Shown: one piece after another, positions 8,675 to 17,295 of the stretch
Position numbering within the stretch: the first letter of the stretch is position 1
Layout of the letters: the number at the start of each line of letters is the position of its first letter
NCBI GenBank assembly: GCA_963815515.1
Contig: CAWFGP010000001.1
Span: forward strand, 999,848-1,063,847
Length of the DNA stretch: 64,000 bases
Direction: 5' to 3'
From: an uncultured Gemmatimonadales bacterium
GTDB taxonomy: Bacteria > Gemmatimonadota > Gemmatimonadetes > Gemmatimonadales > GWC2-71-9
Notes under the pieces: model-generated
Seen by the model: the letters and a program-made list of their open reading frames with translations, nothing else
The model's database searches: none
Told to the model about the DNA's origin: nothing
Program-made: the position numbers and the translations under genes

Positions 8675-10393
8675 ATGCTTCGTTCCGCCGGTCGCAGGCG
8701 ACATATCCTTACCGTCGCCCTGGAGGACTATTTCCAGGTCTCGCCCTTCAAGGGCCTGATCGAGCCGGCGCAGTGGTCCCGCTTCGAGCGCCGCCTAGAG
8801 ATCGGTACGGCCCGCACGCTCGACCTCCTCGACGAGTACGACATCCGGGCCACGTTCTTCGTGCTCGGATGGGTGGCCGATGTCGTGCCTGAGCTCGTCC
8901 GACGCGTCTCGGAGCGCGGTCACGAAGTCGCGAGTCGAGGCTACTATCACCGCGGCGTGCGCGAGATGGGATCCGAATTTCGCGACGACTCGGTGCGCGC
9001 CCGCGAGAGCCTCGAGCGGGCGAGCGGTCAGCGCGTGATCGGCTACCGGATGGCGGAGCGCTGGCTCGCGCCGTCCGAGCTTCACGCGCTCGACATCCTC
9101 GCCGACGAAGGCTACCTCTACGACTCCAGCATCAAGCCGGCGTGGCGGGCCTACGCCCGCGAGCCCTGGCGCCGGTTCCTGCACCGGCACGGGACGGGCG
9201 CCGGTGGCATCTGGGAGGTTCCTCTCTCCTCCGTGAAGCTGCTGGGACTCGATGTGCCTGTCGCCGGCGGCAATCACTTCCGTCAGTTCCCCCACGGTCT
9301 GGTAACGCGCGCGGTCGCGCGGTGGGACCGCACCTGCGACGCTCCGTTCGTCATGTATTTCCACACCTGGGAGCTGGACCCCGACCAGCCGCGCATCGGC
9401 ACCGCCTCGCCGCTCGCTCGAGTCCGACAATATCGGAACCTCGACCGGATGGAAGGGATGCTCCGGGACTACTTCGCCACCTACGCCTTCGAGGGCATCG
9501 CGGACCGGCTCGAGCTCGCCACGGCCCCCCTGGCGGCCCGGCAGGTCGCTCCCGTGGAGACGAGTCGGGCCTTCCCGCGGCCCGCGCCCGTCGTCGAGCC
9601 CGCCCCGGTGAGCGTCGTCGTCCCTTGCTTCAACGAGGCCCAGGCTCTCCCCTACCTGGCCAATACGCTGACCCTGATGCAACGTGAGCTCGCCGACCGC
9701 TACGCCTTCCGATTCATTTTTATCGACGATGGGAGCAAGGACGGCACCTGGGAGGCGCTTCAGCGGCTGTTTGGAGGTCGTCCGGATTGCAGCACGCTCC
9801 GGCACGAGGCGAACCGGGGGATCAGCGCGGCGATTCGTACCGGCCTGCAAGCGGCCGCCACCGAGACGGTGTGCTCCATCGACTGTGACTGCTCCTACGA
9901 TCCACACGATCTCGCGGACATGATTCCCCTGCTCGGCGACGGTGTAGACCTGGTGACGGCGTCACCCTACCACCCACTGGGGTCGGTCAAGAACGTACGA
10001 GGATGGCGGCTCCTCCTGTCAAAGTCCGCTTCCAGCATGTACCGGCTGGTACTGCGGCAGAAGCTTCACACGTACACCAGCTGCTTTCGGGTCTATCGCC
10101 GCAGCGCGGTGCTTGGCCTCGATCTGCGCGACCCGGGATACCTCGGCCTCGTCGAGTTGGTCGGGAAGCTCGACCTCGGTGGGCGGACGGTGCTCGAGCA
10201 TCCGGCCAGATTGGAAGCCCGCCTGCTCGGCCGCTCGAAGATGAAGATCGTCAGCAACATCGCCCGCCACCTCGGACAGCTCGTCCGTTTCGCGACGCTG
10301 CGACTCTTCGGACCCAGACCCGTGACCCGCAGGCCGGGCCTGGAGCGATTCTCGACCCGCGCGCGTGTCACTCTGGATCGGCCGCGCCAGTAG
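8675..10393 (+). CDS. Fusion protein: polysaccharide deacetylase (NodB + DUF3473-like, PEP-CTERM-locus type) / GT2 polyprenyl-phosphate glycosyltransferase-like domain
   Basis: The N-terminal half has ILTVALEDYFQV...ATFFVLGWVA...GHEVASRGYYH...YFHTWELDPDQP. The C-terminal half has VSVVVPCFNE...FIDDGSKDGT...DCDCSYDP...LLGRSKMK (DPM1/ArnC-like). It is one uninterrupted frame. I prefer ATG 8675 (MLRSAGRRRHILTV); the track start at 8486 adds 63 non-native-looking codons. Confidence 0.85.
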   Translation: MLRSAGRRRHILTVALEDYFQVSPFKGLIEPAQWSRFERRLEIGTARTLDLLDEYDIRATFFVLGWVADVVPELVRRVSERGHEVASRGYYHRGVREMGSEFRDDSVRARESLERASGQRVIGYRMAERWLAPSELHALDILADEGYLYDSSIKPAWRAYAREPWRRFLHRHGTGAGGIWEVPLSSVKLLGLDVPVAGGNHFRQFPHGLVTRAVARWDRTCDAPFVMYFHTWELDPDQPRIGTASPLARVRQYRNLDRMEGMLRDYFATYAFEGIADRLELATAPLAARQVAPVETSRAFPRPAPVVEPAPVSVVVPCFNEAQALPYLANTLTLMQRELADRYAFRFIFIDDGSKDGTWEALQRLFGGRPDCSTLRHEANRGISAAIRTGLQAAATETVCSIDCDCSYDPHDLADMIPLLGDGVDLVTASPYHPLGSVKNVRGWRLLLSKSASSMYRLVLRQKLHTYTSCFRVYRRSAVLGLDLRDPGYLGLVELVGKLDLGGRTVLEHPARLEARLLGRSKMKIVSNIARHLGQLVRFATLRLFGPRPVTRRPGLERFSTRARVTLDRPRQ

Positions 10394-10450
10394 CTGGCGC
10401 AGCCACCGGCTCCGCGGCCCTTCGAGCACCGCCAGTCACCTCGAGATTGC

Positions 10451-10933
10451 ATGCCCTTCCTGACCCGTCCGCTGCTTATCGCCGCGCTGCTGAATCCCGC
10501 ATGCCTGGTATCGGCCGCCCAGTCACAGAATGTGGGGCACAGGTTCGGGTTGGAGCTGCACGTGGGCTACGGTGGTGGCGGCCTCCACGATGACGGGCTC
10601 GTCGGCGGCGGCCTCGCGTACGGACTCGGCCGCCGATTGGAAGCCCTCGGCTTTCTGACTGCGGTGGCCGCGCGTCCCGAGGGAAGGACCGTGTTCGGTG
10701 GACTCGGGCTCCGGCTCAGCCCCTGGACGGGAATCGTTCGGCCTTACCTGGGCGTCGGACCTTTGCTCACCATGCGCGCCTACGACGAGGGGCACCTCGG
10801 CACGTTCGGGAGTATCGGCCTGGAGGCCGCGCTTGAGCGTCGTACCAGGCGATGGCGAGTGTTTGCAGAGGGCCGGGCGATGTATGGCGGGGGCAGCTGG
10901 AGCCAAGTCGTGGCCGGTGTGCGGTACCACTGA
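10451..10933 (+). CDS. Small outer-membrane beta-barrel-like protein (signal peptide, Gly-rich)
   Basis: MPFLTRPLLIAALLNPACLVSAAQSQ is a signal peptide. The rest has alternating Gly/aromatic strands and a C-terminal VVAGVRYH typical of OM barrels. Confidence 0.55.
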   Translation: MPFLTRPLLIAALLNPACLVSAAQSQNVGHRFGLELHVGYGGGGLHDDGLVGGGLAYGLGRRLEALGFLTAVAARPEGRTVFGGLGLRLSPWTGIVRPYLGVGPLLTMRAYDEGHLGTFGSIGLEAALERRTRRWRVFAEGRAMYGGGSWSQVVAGVRYH

Positions 10934-11395
10934 GCAGCCCTGATCGCACGCGCGGGCGGTGCCCGACGTTCGGCATGCTCCAGGCGTTCCATTGTGGCAC
11001 ATGAGCCGTAGCCTGATACCGAAGTCTGGGCGGACATGCTCTGCCTCGATGACGGCCCCAGCGAAGCCGTAGCCCGATGCCGAGCGTGAGGTACGTCCGT
11101 CTCAGATGCGATAGGAAACTCCTGCCCATCTGCCCATGGAGCAGAGCGATATGATTGGATGCGGCCTTAAGCGGGCCCATCCAGTGCCACATACGCGATC
11201 TTCTCCAAGCGTCCAAAGCGGGGGTACCTGAGGAGGCTGAGGTGAGTCCCTGTCACTCTCAGCGCCAAGGGTTGCTCCCGTAAGCTGCGCCTTTTCCATG
11301 GCTCGCTCCCACTGTTGCTGCAGATTCCCCAGCCCGGGCAATGCGGGCCCCGATACCGTATCCCGCAGTGCTTGGCGGGCAGACAGCGAGGCTGC

Positions 11396-12760
11396 ATGAT
11401 CTCCGCACGCGCAGCCAACCCGCGCGAATGTCGAGTAGGCATCGTGGGCGGCGGCATTTTGGGTATGAGCCTGGCGCTACGACTGCAAGGCGATGGATGC
11501 GTGGTCACCTTGATCGAAGGCGCCCCGGCTCCCGGCGGCCTGACGCAGAGCCAAGCGATCGGCGGCTACACCTGGGACCGCTTCTATCACGTGATCCTCC
11601 AGTCCGACCAGCACCTGCTCGCGCTGCTGGACGAGCTCGACCTCACCCAGGCGCTGCGTTGGGGTACCACGCGGACCGGGTTCTATATCGATGGACACCT
11701 GCACTCACTGTCGAACAGCCTGGAGTTCCTGCGGTTTCCCGCCCTCTCGCTGCTCGACAAGGTGCGTCTCGCCGCGACGGTGCTGTATGCCTCACGACTG
11801 CAAGACTGGAGGCCACTCGAGCATGTCCCAGTGGATGAGTGGCTGCGACGGCTCTCGGGAGGTCGGACCTTCGACCGGATCTGGCTTCCGCTGCTCAAGA
11901 GCAAGCTCGGCCAGAATTATGAGCGCACCAGCGCGTCCTTTATCTGGGCGACGATTGCGCGGATGTACGCCGCGCGCCGTTCGGGGCTGAAGCGCGAGAT
12001 GTTCGGTTACGTCGACGGTGGCTACGACCGCGTGCTGCGGCAGTTCCGCGAACAGTTGGATGCACGAGGTGTTGAAACGCTGTGCGGACGCCCCGCAGTT
12101 TCGATCAACGACGCAGGAGACCGTGTCCAGGTCGAGCTCGCCGGGGGCGAGATGCGCTCGTTCGACCGGGTGGTGCTGACGGTTCCCTGTCCCCGGGTCC
12201 AGGCGCTCTGCCCCCAGCTCTCACCGGAAGAGCGGACGCGCCTGGGGAAGGTCGTTTACCAGGGAATCATCTGCGCCTCGATCCTGCTGCGGAAGCCGCT
12301 GGCCGGTTTCTACATCACGAACATCACCGACTCGTGGGTGCCCTTCACCGCCGTGATCGAAATGACCTCCCTGGTCGACCGCGAACGGTTCGGAGGACAC
12401 GCACTGGTGTACCTACCTCGCTACCTGGTTCAGGATGACCCGATGTGGCACGAGGCGGACGATTCGATCCAGGAGCGGTTTGTTTCGGCGCTCGAGCGTA
12501 TGTACCCGAACTTTCGGCGCGAGGACGTGCTGACTTTCCAGGTAGCCCGGGCCAAGGAAATGCTTGCCGTCACGACGCTCAACTACTCGGACGAAGCCCT
12601 GCCACGCCTCCGTACCTCGCTGCCCAATGTCTTCGTCGTCAATTCGGCGCAGATCGTGAACGGCACGCTGAACGTGAACGAGACCGTCGCACTTGCCAAC
12701 CTGAGCGCCCGGGAACTCCGACCGCTGCTGTCGTCGCCGGTGGTCGGAGTGGCGGCCTAG
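11396..12760 (+). CDS. FAD/NAD(P)-binding oxidoreductase (amine-oxidase / phytoene-desaturase-like)
   Basis: The dinucleotide fold is RVGIVGGGILGMSLALRL...LIEGAPAPGG. I prefer ATG 11396. Confidence 0.75.
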   Translation: MISARAANPRECRVGIVGGGILGMSLALRLQGDGCVVTLIEGAPAPGGLTQSQAIGGYTWDRFYHVILQSDQHLLALLDELDLTQALRWGTTRTGFYIDGHLHSLSNSLEFLRFPALSLLDKVRLAATVLYASRLQDWRPLEHVPVDEWLRRLSGGRTFDRIWLPLLKSKLGQNYERTSASFIWATIARMYAARRSGLKREMFGYVDGGYDRVLRQFREQLDARGVETLCGRPAVSINDAGDRVQVELAGGEMRSFDRVVLTVPCPRVQALCPQLSPEERTRLGKVVYQGIICASILLRKPLAGFYITNITDSWVPFTAVIEMTSLVDRERFGGHALVYLPRYLVQDDPMWHEADDSIQERFVSALERMYPNFRREDVLTFQVARAKEMLAVTTLNYSDEALPRLRTSLPNVFVVNSAQIVNGTLNVNETVALANLSARELRPLLSSPVVGVAA

Positions 12761-12761
12761 C

Positions 12762-13748
12762 ATGCGCGGGATGACGCCCGCGCAGCCCCGCGCCAGCCTC
12801 TCGCTCGATCTGGACGACCTCTGGTCCTACCTGCGGACGCGCGGCGATCCGTCCTGGGCGAGTCGCCCGTCCTATTTGGCCGCCTTCATCCCTCGCGCGC
12901 TCGACGTTCTGGATCGCCTCGGGATCAGGATCACCTTCTTCGTGGTGGGCTTCGATGCCACCCGAGCGGAGAACCAGCCGCACCTCCGTGCCATTGCGGC
13001 GCGAGGGCACGAGATCGGGAATCACTCCTTCGCCCACGAATGCTGGCTTCACCGTTACTCCCCCGCCGAGCTCGAGGCGGATATCGGGAAGGCCGAAGAG
13101 GCGATCCGAGCAGCCACCGGACAGCAGCCCACCGGATTTCGCGGGCCCGGCTTCAGCTGGTCGGCGGAGCTCTTCGAGGTGCTGGCTCGGCGGCACTACC
13201 TCTACGACGCCTCGACCTTTCCGACATTTCTCGGGCCGCTCGCGAGACTCTACTTTCTCGCCTCGACAGACCTGTCTGCCGAGGAGCGAGCGCAGCGCGC
13301 TTCCCTCTTCGGGTCCTTCCGGGACGGCTTCCGCCCCAATGAGCCGTACCGGTGGGAGCTGCAGGAAGACCGGACGCTGCTGGAGATCCCGGTGACTACG
13401 GTGCCGGTGATCAAGACCCCGTTTCACATGAGCTACCTGCTGTACCTCAGCCGGTTTTCCACCGGGCTGATGCGCGCATACCTGCACGGCGCGTTGGCTG
13501 CCTGCCGGGCCACCCGGCTCGAGCCAAGCTTCCTGCTGCACCCGCTCGACCTGCTCGGCGCCGACCAGGTTCCCCAACTCTCCTTCTTTCCGGGGATGGA
13601 CCTGATCGGGGCTCGCAAGGAGAAGATGTTTGCCGAGGTGCTGGGCGTGCTCGCCTCGCGCTTCGAGCTCGTGACCACGGGGGAGCAGGCAAGCGGCCTC
13701 CTGGCCGGCGGTCGGCTGGCGCAGCGCGCCCCAGTCCTGGCGACGTGA
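12762..13748 (+). CDS. Polysaccharide deacetylase (NodB homology) family protein
   Basis: LSLDLDDLW...GIRITFFVVG...GHEIGNHSFAHE...FRGPGFSWS. Confidence 0.8.
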   Translation: MRGMTPAQPRASLSLDLDDLWSYLRTRGDPSWASRPSYLAAFIPRALDVLDRLGIRITFFVVGFDATRAENQPHLRAIAARGHEIGNHSFAHECWLHRYSPAELEADIGKAEEAIRAATGQQPTGFRGPGFSWSAELFEVLARRHYLYDASTFPTFLGPLARLYFLASTDLSAEERAQRASLFGSFRDGFRPNEPYRWELQEDRTLLEIPVTTVPVIKTPFHMSYLLYLSRFSTGLMRAYLHGALAACRATRLEPSFLLHPLDLLGADQVPQLSFFPGMDLIGARKEKMFAEVLGVLASRFELVTTGEQASGLLAGGRLAQRAPVLAT

Positions 13749-13795
13749 TCGATGCATCCGAATCTGGGCAGCACCCATACCGAAGGGAACGGATC

Positions 13796-14818
13796 ATGAC
13801 GAGGCCTCCGAGGGCACTAGTGGTCGGGGCAGCGGGCAACATCGGCGGCCCGCTCGTGACGTACCTCCGCTCCATGGGCTATGCCGTGCTGGAAGTGGAT
13901 ATCAGACCGGGCTGGCGTCCAGATTACCTCATGGCGGACATCACCCATCCGCTGGACCTGCTGCCGGCGTTCGACTGGTCACCCGACGTGGTCTTTCTCC
14001 TCGCGGCGTCGGTCGGACGCATGACCTGCGAGCAGGCCGGCTCGCTCGCCATCTCCACGAACCTCGCCGGCGTCAACAATGTCCTCCAGCTCTGCAAGCG
14101 GACGGCAAGCGTCTGTGTGTACTTCTCCACCTCCGAGGTCTACGGGCCTTCGTGCGATCTGATGGACGATGCCGCGACCGTTCCGCAGCCCAACAATCGT
14201 TACGGGCTGTCGAAATGGCTCGCCGAGCAGCTCGTCGAGTACGAAGTGCGGACGGGCAAGCTTCAGGCGGTCACGCTGCGGCCCTGCATGATCTATCACG
14301 AGAACGAGGATGTGGGAGAGCACCGCTCCGCGATGATCCGGTTCGCCTCGAATCTCGCCCGGGGGAAGCCGGTCCAGGTCCATCGCGGCAGTGCCCGAGG
14401 CTGGCTGCATGTTTCGGATGCCGTCCGCGCCGTCGAGGCCGCCGGGCACGTGGCGCACCATGCCACGATCAACATCGGCCACCCGGATCTGGTGCCGATG
14501 GCGCAGCTGGCGGAGCTCATCCGCAGCGAGCTCGGGGCCGATCCCTCGCTGGTTCGGATGGCAGCGCTGCCCCCTCAGATGACCCTGATCAAACGCCCCA
14601 CCCTCGAGCGCCAACGCGCACTGTTGGGCATTGAGCCTCTGGTTTCGCTGGCGGAGGGGGTGCGCCGCGTGTGTGCCGTGCAACGCCGGATGGTCGCCGG
14701 CGTGACTGCGAGCAACGGCCATGGGATGCCTGAATCCTTCGCCACCCCGGAGCCGAGTGTCGTGGGGCTGCCGGTCGATCCACTGTCGCCTCTGCGTCTC
14801 CGTTCGGCGGCGATGTGA
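13796..14818 (+). CDS. NAD-dependent epimerase/dehydratase (extended SDR)
   Basis: ALVVGAAGNIGGPLVTYL (GxxGxxG) and YGLSKWLAEQL (YxxxK). The track start at 13352 overlaps the previous gene out of frame, so I use ATG 13796. Confidence 0.85.
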   Translation: MTRPPRALVVGAAGNIGGPLVTYLRSMGYAVLEVDIRPGWRPDYLMADITHPLDLLPAFDWSPDVVFLLAASVGRMTCEQAGSLAISTNLAGVNNVLQLCKRTASVCVYFSTSEVYGPSCDLMDDAATVPQPNNRYGLSKWLAEQLVEYEVRTGKLQAVTLRPCMIYHENEDVGEHRSAMIRFASNLARGKPVQVHRGSARGWLHVSDAVRAVEAAGHVAHHATINIGHPDLVPMAQLAELIRSELGADPSLVRMAALPPQMTLIKRPTLERQRALLGIEPLVSLAEGVRRVCAVQRRMVAGVTASNGHGMPESFATPEPSVVGLPVDPLSPLRLRSAAM

Positions 14819-15876
14819 CGGTCTCCCCGGGCGTTCCAGTGGGCTCAGCCGGGGTGGTTGGGCGTGAGGTTGTGACGGCCGGAGCGCGGGAACCTGCCCG
14901 AGAAGGCGTCTGCGTGCCCCTCGAGCCGCAGAAGCGCCCGTTGACACTCCTTCCGGCAGTGTGCTGCGCTTGCGGCGACGAGGGTGCGGAACCTCTGGCG
15001 ATCGTAGACGACTTTGACTACGCCACCAGCCCCGACTCATTCCTGGCATTGCGATGCAGCGGATGCGGGTCGGTCTATATGAGCCCGGCGCCGGCCGACC
15101 ACGAACAGAAACGGATCTATCCGCCGGGTTACTTTGCGGCGGCGGCGTCCCCCCCAGGAAGCTTTCGGGAATCGCTCAGCCGGCGACGGAAGGCAGCGCT
15201 TCTGAGGCAGTGGTCTCGTGCGGTTGGTCCGCACGCCTGCATCCTCGACGTGGGATGCGGAGCGGGGCTCGACCTTGCCTTCCTTCAGGCTCTTGGCGGC
15301 GGTCAATGGCGGCTTGATGGCGTGGAGCCCGTTGAGTCCGCGGTCCAAATGGCGCGCATGGCAGGGCTCACGGTTCACCACGGGAACCTGGAGGATCGGG
15401 AGTTGCCTTCTGGCAGCTACGATCTGGCGCTCCTGGTCCACACCCTCGAGCGTGTTCCCGACCCCGATGTGACTCTCGGTGCGCTGAGCCGAGTCCTTGC
15501 GCCCGGCGGACGCGCGGTCGTCGTACTGCACAACCTCGACTCTCCCAGCTTCCGTATTTTTCAGGGTCGTCATTGGGGCGGATACGACATGCCTCGACAG
15601 CGCCGGCTGTTCAGCCCTGACGCGCTGCGCCGGCTGGCCGAGCGCTCGGATCTGGAGTTGGTGTCGCTGTCGACGGTAGCGGACGGCGGCACGTGGTTAC
15701 GCTCCTTCCGGCGCCTGTTCCAGGACTGGGGCGCGCGCCCCTGGCTCGTCCAACGCTTCGACCATCGGTCCCTCCTGGCCGCGGCGGTCTTCGGTGCGTG
15801 GGATGCGGTTCATCGGCTCCGTGGCAAAGGCGCTCTGAGGGTCGCGATCGTGGGTCGCCGGGAGATGCCCGGGTGA
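14815..15876 (+). CDS. Class I SAM-dependent methyltransferase with N-terminal Cys-pair (zinc-ribbon-like)
   Basis: Motif I is ILDVGCGAGLD, post-I is LDGVEP, followed by VLAPGGRAVV. The N-terminus has CCACG...CSGCG. The GTG start overlaps the upstream TGA. Confidence 0.8.
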   Translation: MTVSPGVPVGSAGVVGREVVTAGAREPAREGVCVPLEPQKRPLTLLPAVCCACGDEGAEPLAIVDDFDYATSPDSFLALRCSGCGSVYMSPAPADHEQKRIYPPGYFAAAASPPGSFRESLSRRRKAALLRQWSRAVGPHACILDVGCGAGLDLAFLQALGGGQWRLDGVEPVESAVQMARMAGLTVHHGNLEDRELPSGSYDLALLVHTLERVPDPDVTLGALSRVLAPGGRAVVVLHNLDSPSFRIFQGRHWGGYDMPRQRRLFSPDALRRLAERSDLELVSLSTVADGGTWLRSFRRLFQDWGARPWLVQRFDHRSLLAAAVFGAWDAVHRLRGKGALRVAIVGRREMPG

Positions 15877-17198
15877 TCCGCGCCGCCAAGCCGCCGGTGG
15901 CCGTTGTGGGAGGGGGACTGGCGGGGCTAGTGGCCGCCCACGAACTTCGCCGGCGCGGGATCCCGGTGATGGTATTCGAGGCAGGCAAACAGGTCGCCGG
16001 CCTGGCAACCAGCTTCCGCGACGCCGACGGGTTCGTGTGCGATTTCGGCGCCCATTTCATCACCAACCGACTCGCCGCCGCGCTCGGAATCGGCGCGTAC
16101 TGCCGGGATGTGCACCACTACGGCGAAACGGTCTTTCACGCCGGCCGCAGTGACAGCTATCCTTTTGGCTTGCTGCGATCCCCGCGCTACATGTTCAGCG
16201 CGGCTGCCAGCCGCCTTGCCCGCCGGTCCGACTCCGCGCCGACTTCCGCGGCCGACTGGTACCGCCGCCAATACGGACCCAAGCTGGCGGACGAGATCGC
16301 CATTCCGCTCATCGAGGCCTGGTCCGGCGTACCTGCCGACGACCTCGCGCCGAGCGTCATCGCGCCTCAGCTCGAGCGAGGCACGGCCCACGTCCTCCGA
16401 CTCAAGCTGGCGAGCCGTGTTACGGGCCGGGCCGTCGCGAACGGGTATTCACGGGAGAAGCCGGAGAGTGCGCACGTTTGGCATGTGTACCCGGAAGGGA
16501 GTCTCGGCTTCCTCTGTGAGCGCCTGGCGGAAGGCCTGAACGGGACGGTCCGACTGGAATCGCCGGTGGAGGCGATACTCACGGAGAACGGTCGGGCCGT
16601 CGGGGTGAAGGTGCACGGACGGGTATGGGAGGCTTCTGCGGTCGTGAGTACGGCGCCGGTCCATATCCTGGCGAAGCTGGTTCAAGGTACCGACGCGGTG
16701 CGACACCTGGCGAAATTCCGCTACCGCCCGATGGTCCTCGTCAACATGCGGTTCGAGGGTCGTTGGCTGCTGCCGGACGTGGTCACCTGGGTGCCCGACC
16801 GGGAGGTGCCCTTCTTCCGTCTCACCGAGGCGACCTGGTCCATGCCGTGGCTGGCGCCACCCGGGAAGACCACCATCAACGCGGATATCGGTTGTGCGGT
16901 AGGAGATCGGATCTGGAGCATGTCGGAGGAGCAGCTCGGCGAATGGTGCCTGGAACACCTGCAAGCGATCATCCCGACTGCTCGCCAGCGCTATCTGGGA
17001 TGCCGCGTCATGCGGACGCCGATCGCACACCCGGTGTTCCTGAGGGAGTACGAACAGGAGCGTCTGGCGTTTGAGAGCTCAATGCCCGTGGAAGGGCTGT
17101 TCAGTATTGGCCGAAACGGGGAATTCGCCCACATCCTGATGGAGGATGTGTATTGGCGCACTCTCCGGCGGATGCAGCAGTTGGTCTCCACGCTGTAA
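15873..17198 (+). CDS. FAD-dependent oxidoreductase, possibly UDP-galactopyranose-mutase-like flavoenzyme
   Basis: VAVVGGGLAGLVAAHEL...VFEAGKQVAG, with C-terminal GRNGEFAHILMED. GTG 15873 overlaps the upstream stop (GTGA), which implies translational coupling. The track start at 15693 is an out-of-context extension. Confidence 0.75.
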   Translation: MIRAAKPPVAVVGGGLAGLVAAHELRRRGIPVMVFEAGKQVAGLATSFRDADGFVCDFGAHFITNRLAAALGIGAYCRDVHHYGETVFHAGRSDSYPFGLLRSPRYMFSAAASRLARRSDSAPTSAADWYRRQYGPKLADEIAIPLIEAWSGVPADDLAPSVIAPQLERGTAHVLRLKLASRVTGRAVANGYSREKPESAHVWHVYPEGSLGFLCERLAEGLNGTVRLESPVEAILTENGRAVGVKVHGRVWEASAVVSTAPVHILAKLVQGTDAVRHLAKFRYRPMVLVNMRFEGRWLLPDVVTWVPDREVPFFRLTEATWSMPWLAPPGKTTINADIGCAVGDRIWSMSEEQLGEWCLEHLQAIIPTARQRYLGCRVMRTPIAHPVFLREYEQERLAFESSMPVEGLFSIGRNGEFAHILMEDVYWRTLRRMQQLVSTL

Positions 17199-17295
17199 TG
17201 CGTGCCTGCCCGGCGATTACCCTCGACCGGAGTGTCAACCAACCGACTTCCGGGTATCCGGAGGCCGTGGGCGGAGCTGCCCGGGAGACCCCGAG

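Noticed and set aside
8675-9550. PEP-CTERM/exosortase system membership suggested by the deacetylase subtype and the LuxR (EpsA-like) regulator
   Set aside because: No exosortase gene and no protein with a PEP-CTERM sorting tail is present in this window, so the link stays speculative.
11102-11341. 79-aa minus-strand ORF ending in ...GRWAGVSYRI, reminiscent of an OM barrel C-terminus
   Set aside because: It is too short, has no signal peptide and the upstream sequence is not beta-strand-like. It could be a decayed OMP remnant but cannot be supported.
12639-13778. 379-aa minus-strand ORF
   Set aside because: It is antisense to the NodB deacetylase gene (12762-13748), which has clear family motifs. 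It has no motifs of its own.
13352-13795. 5' extensions of track ORFs (this one; also 8486-8674, 15693-15872, 17146-17295, 34399-34608, 39027-39209, 3161-3343)
   Set aside because: These extensions overlap the preceding gene out of frame or add Pro/Arg-rich sequence. Internal ATG/GTG starts sit at classic ATGA/GTGA coupling junctions or match paralog N-termini.
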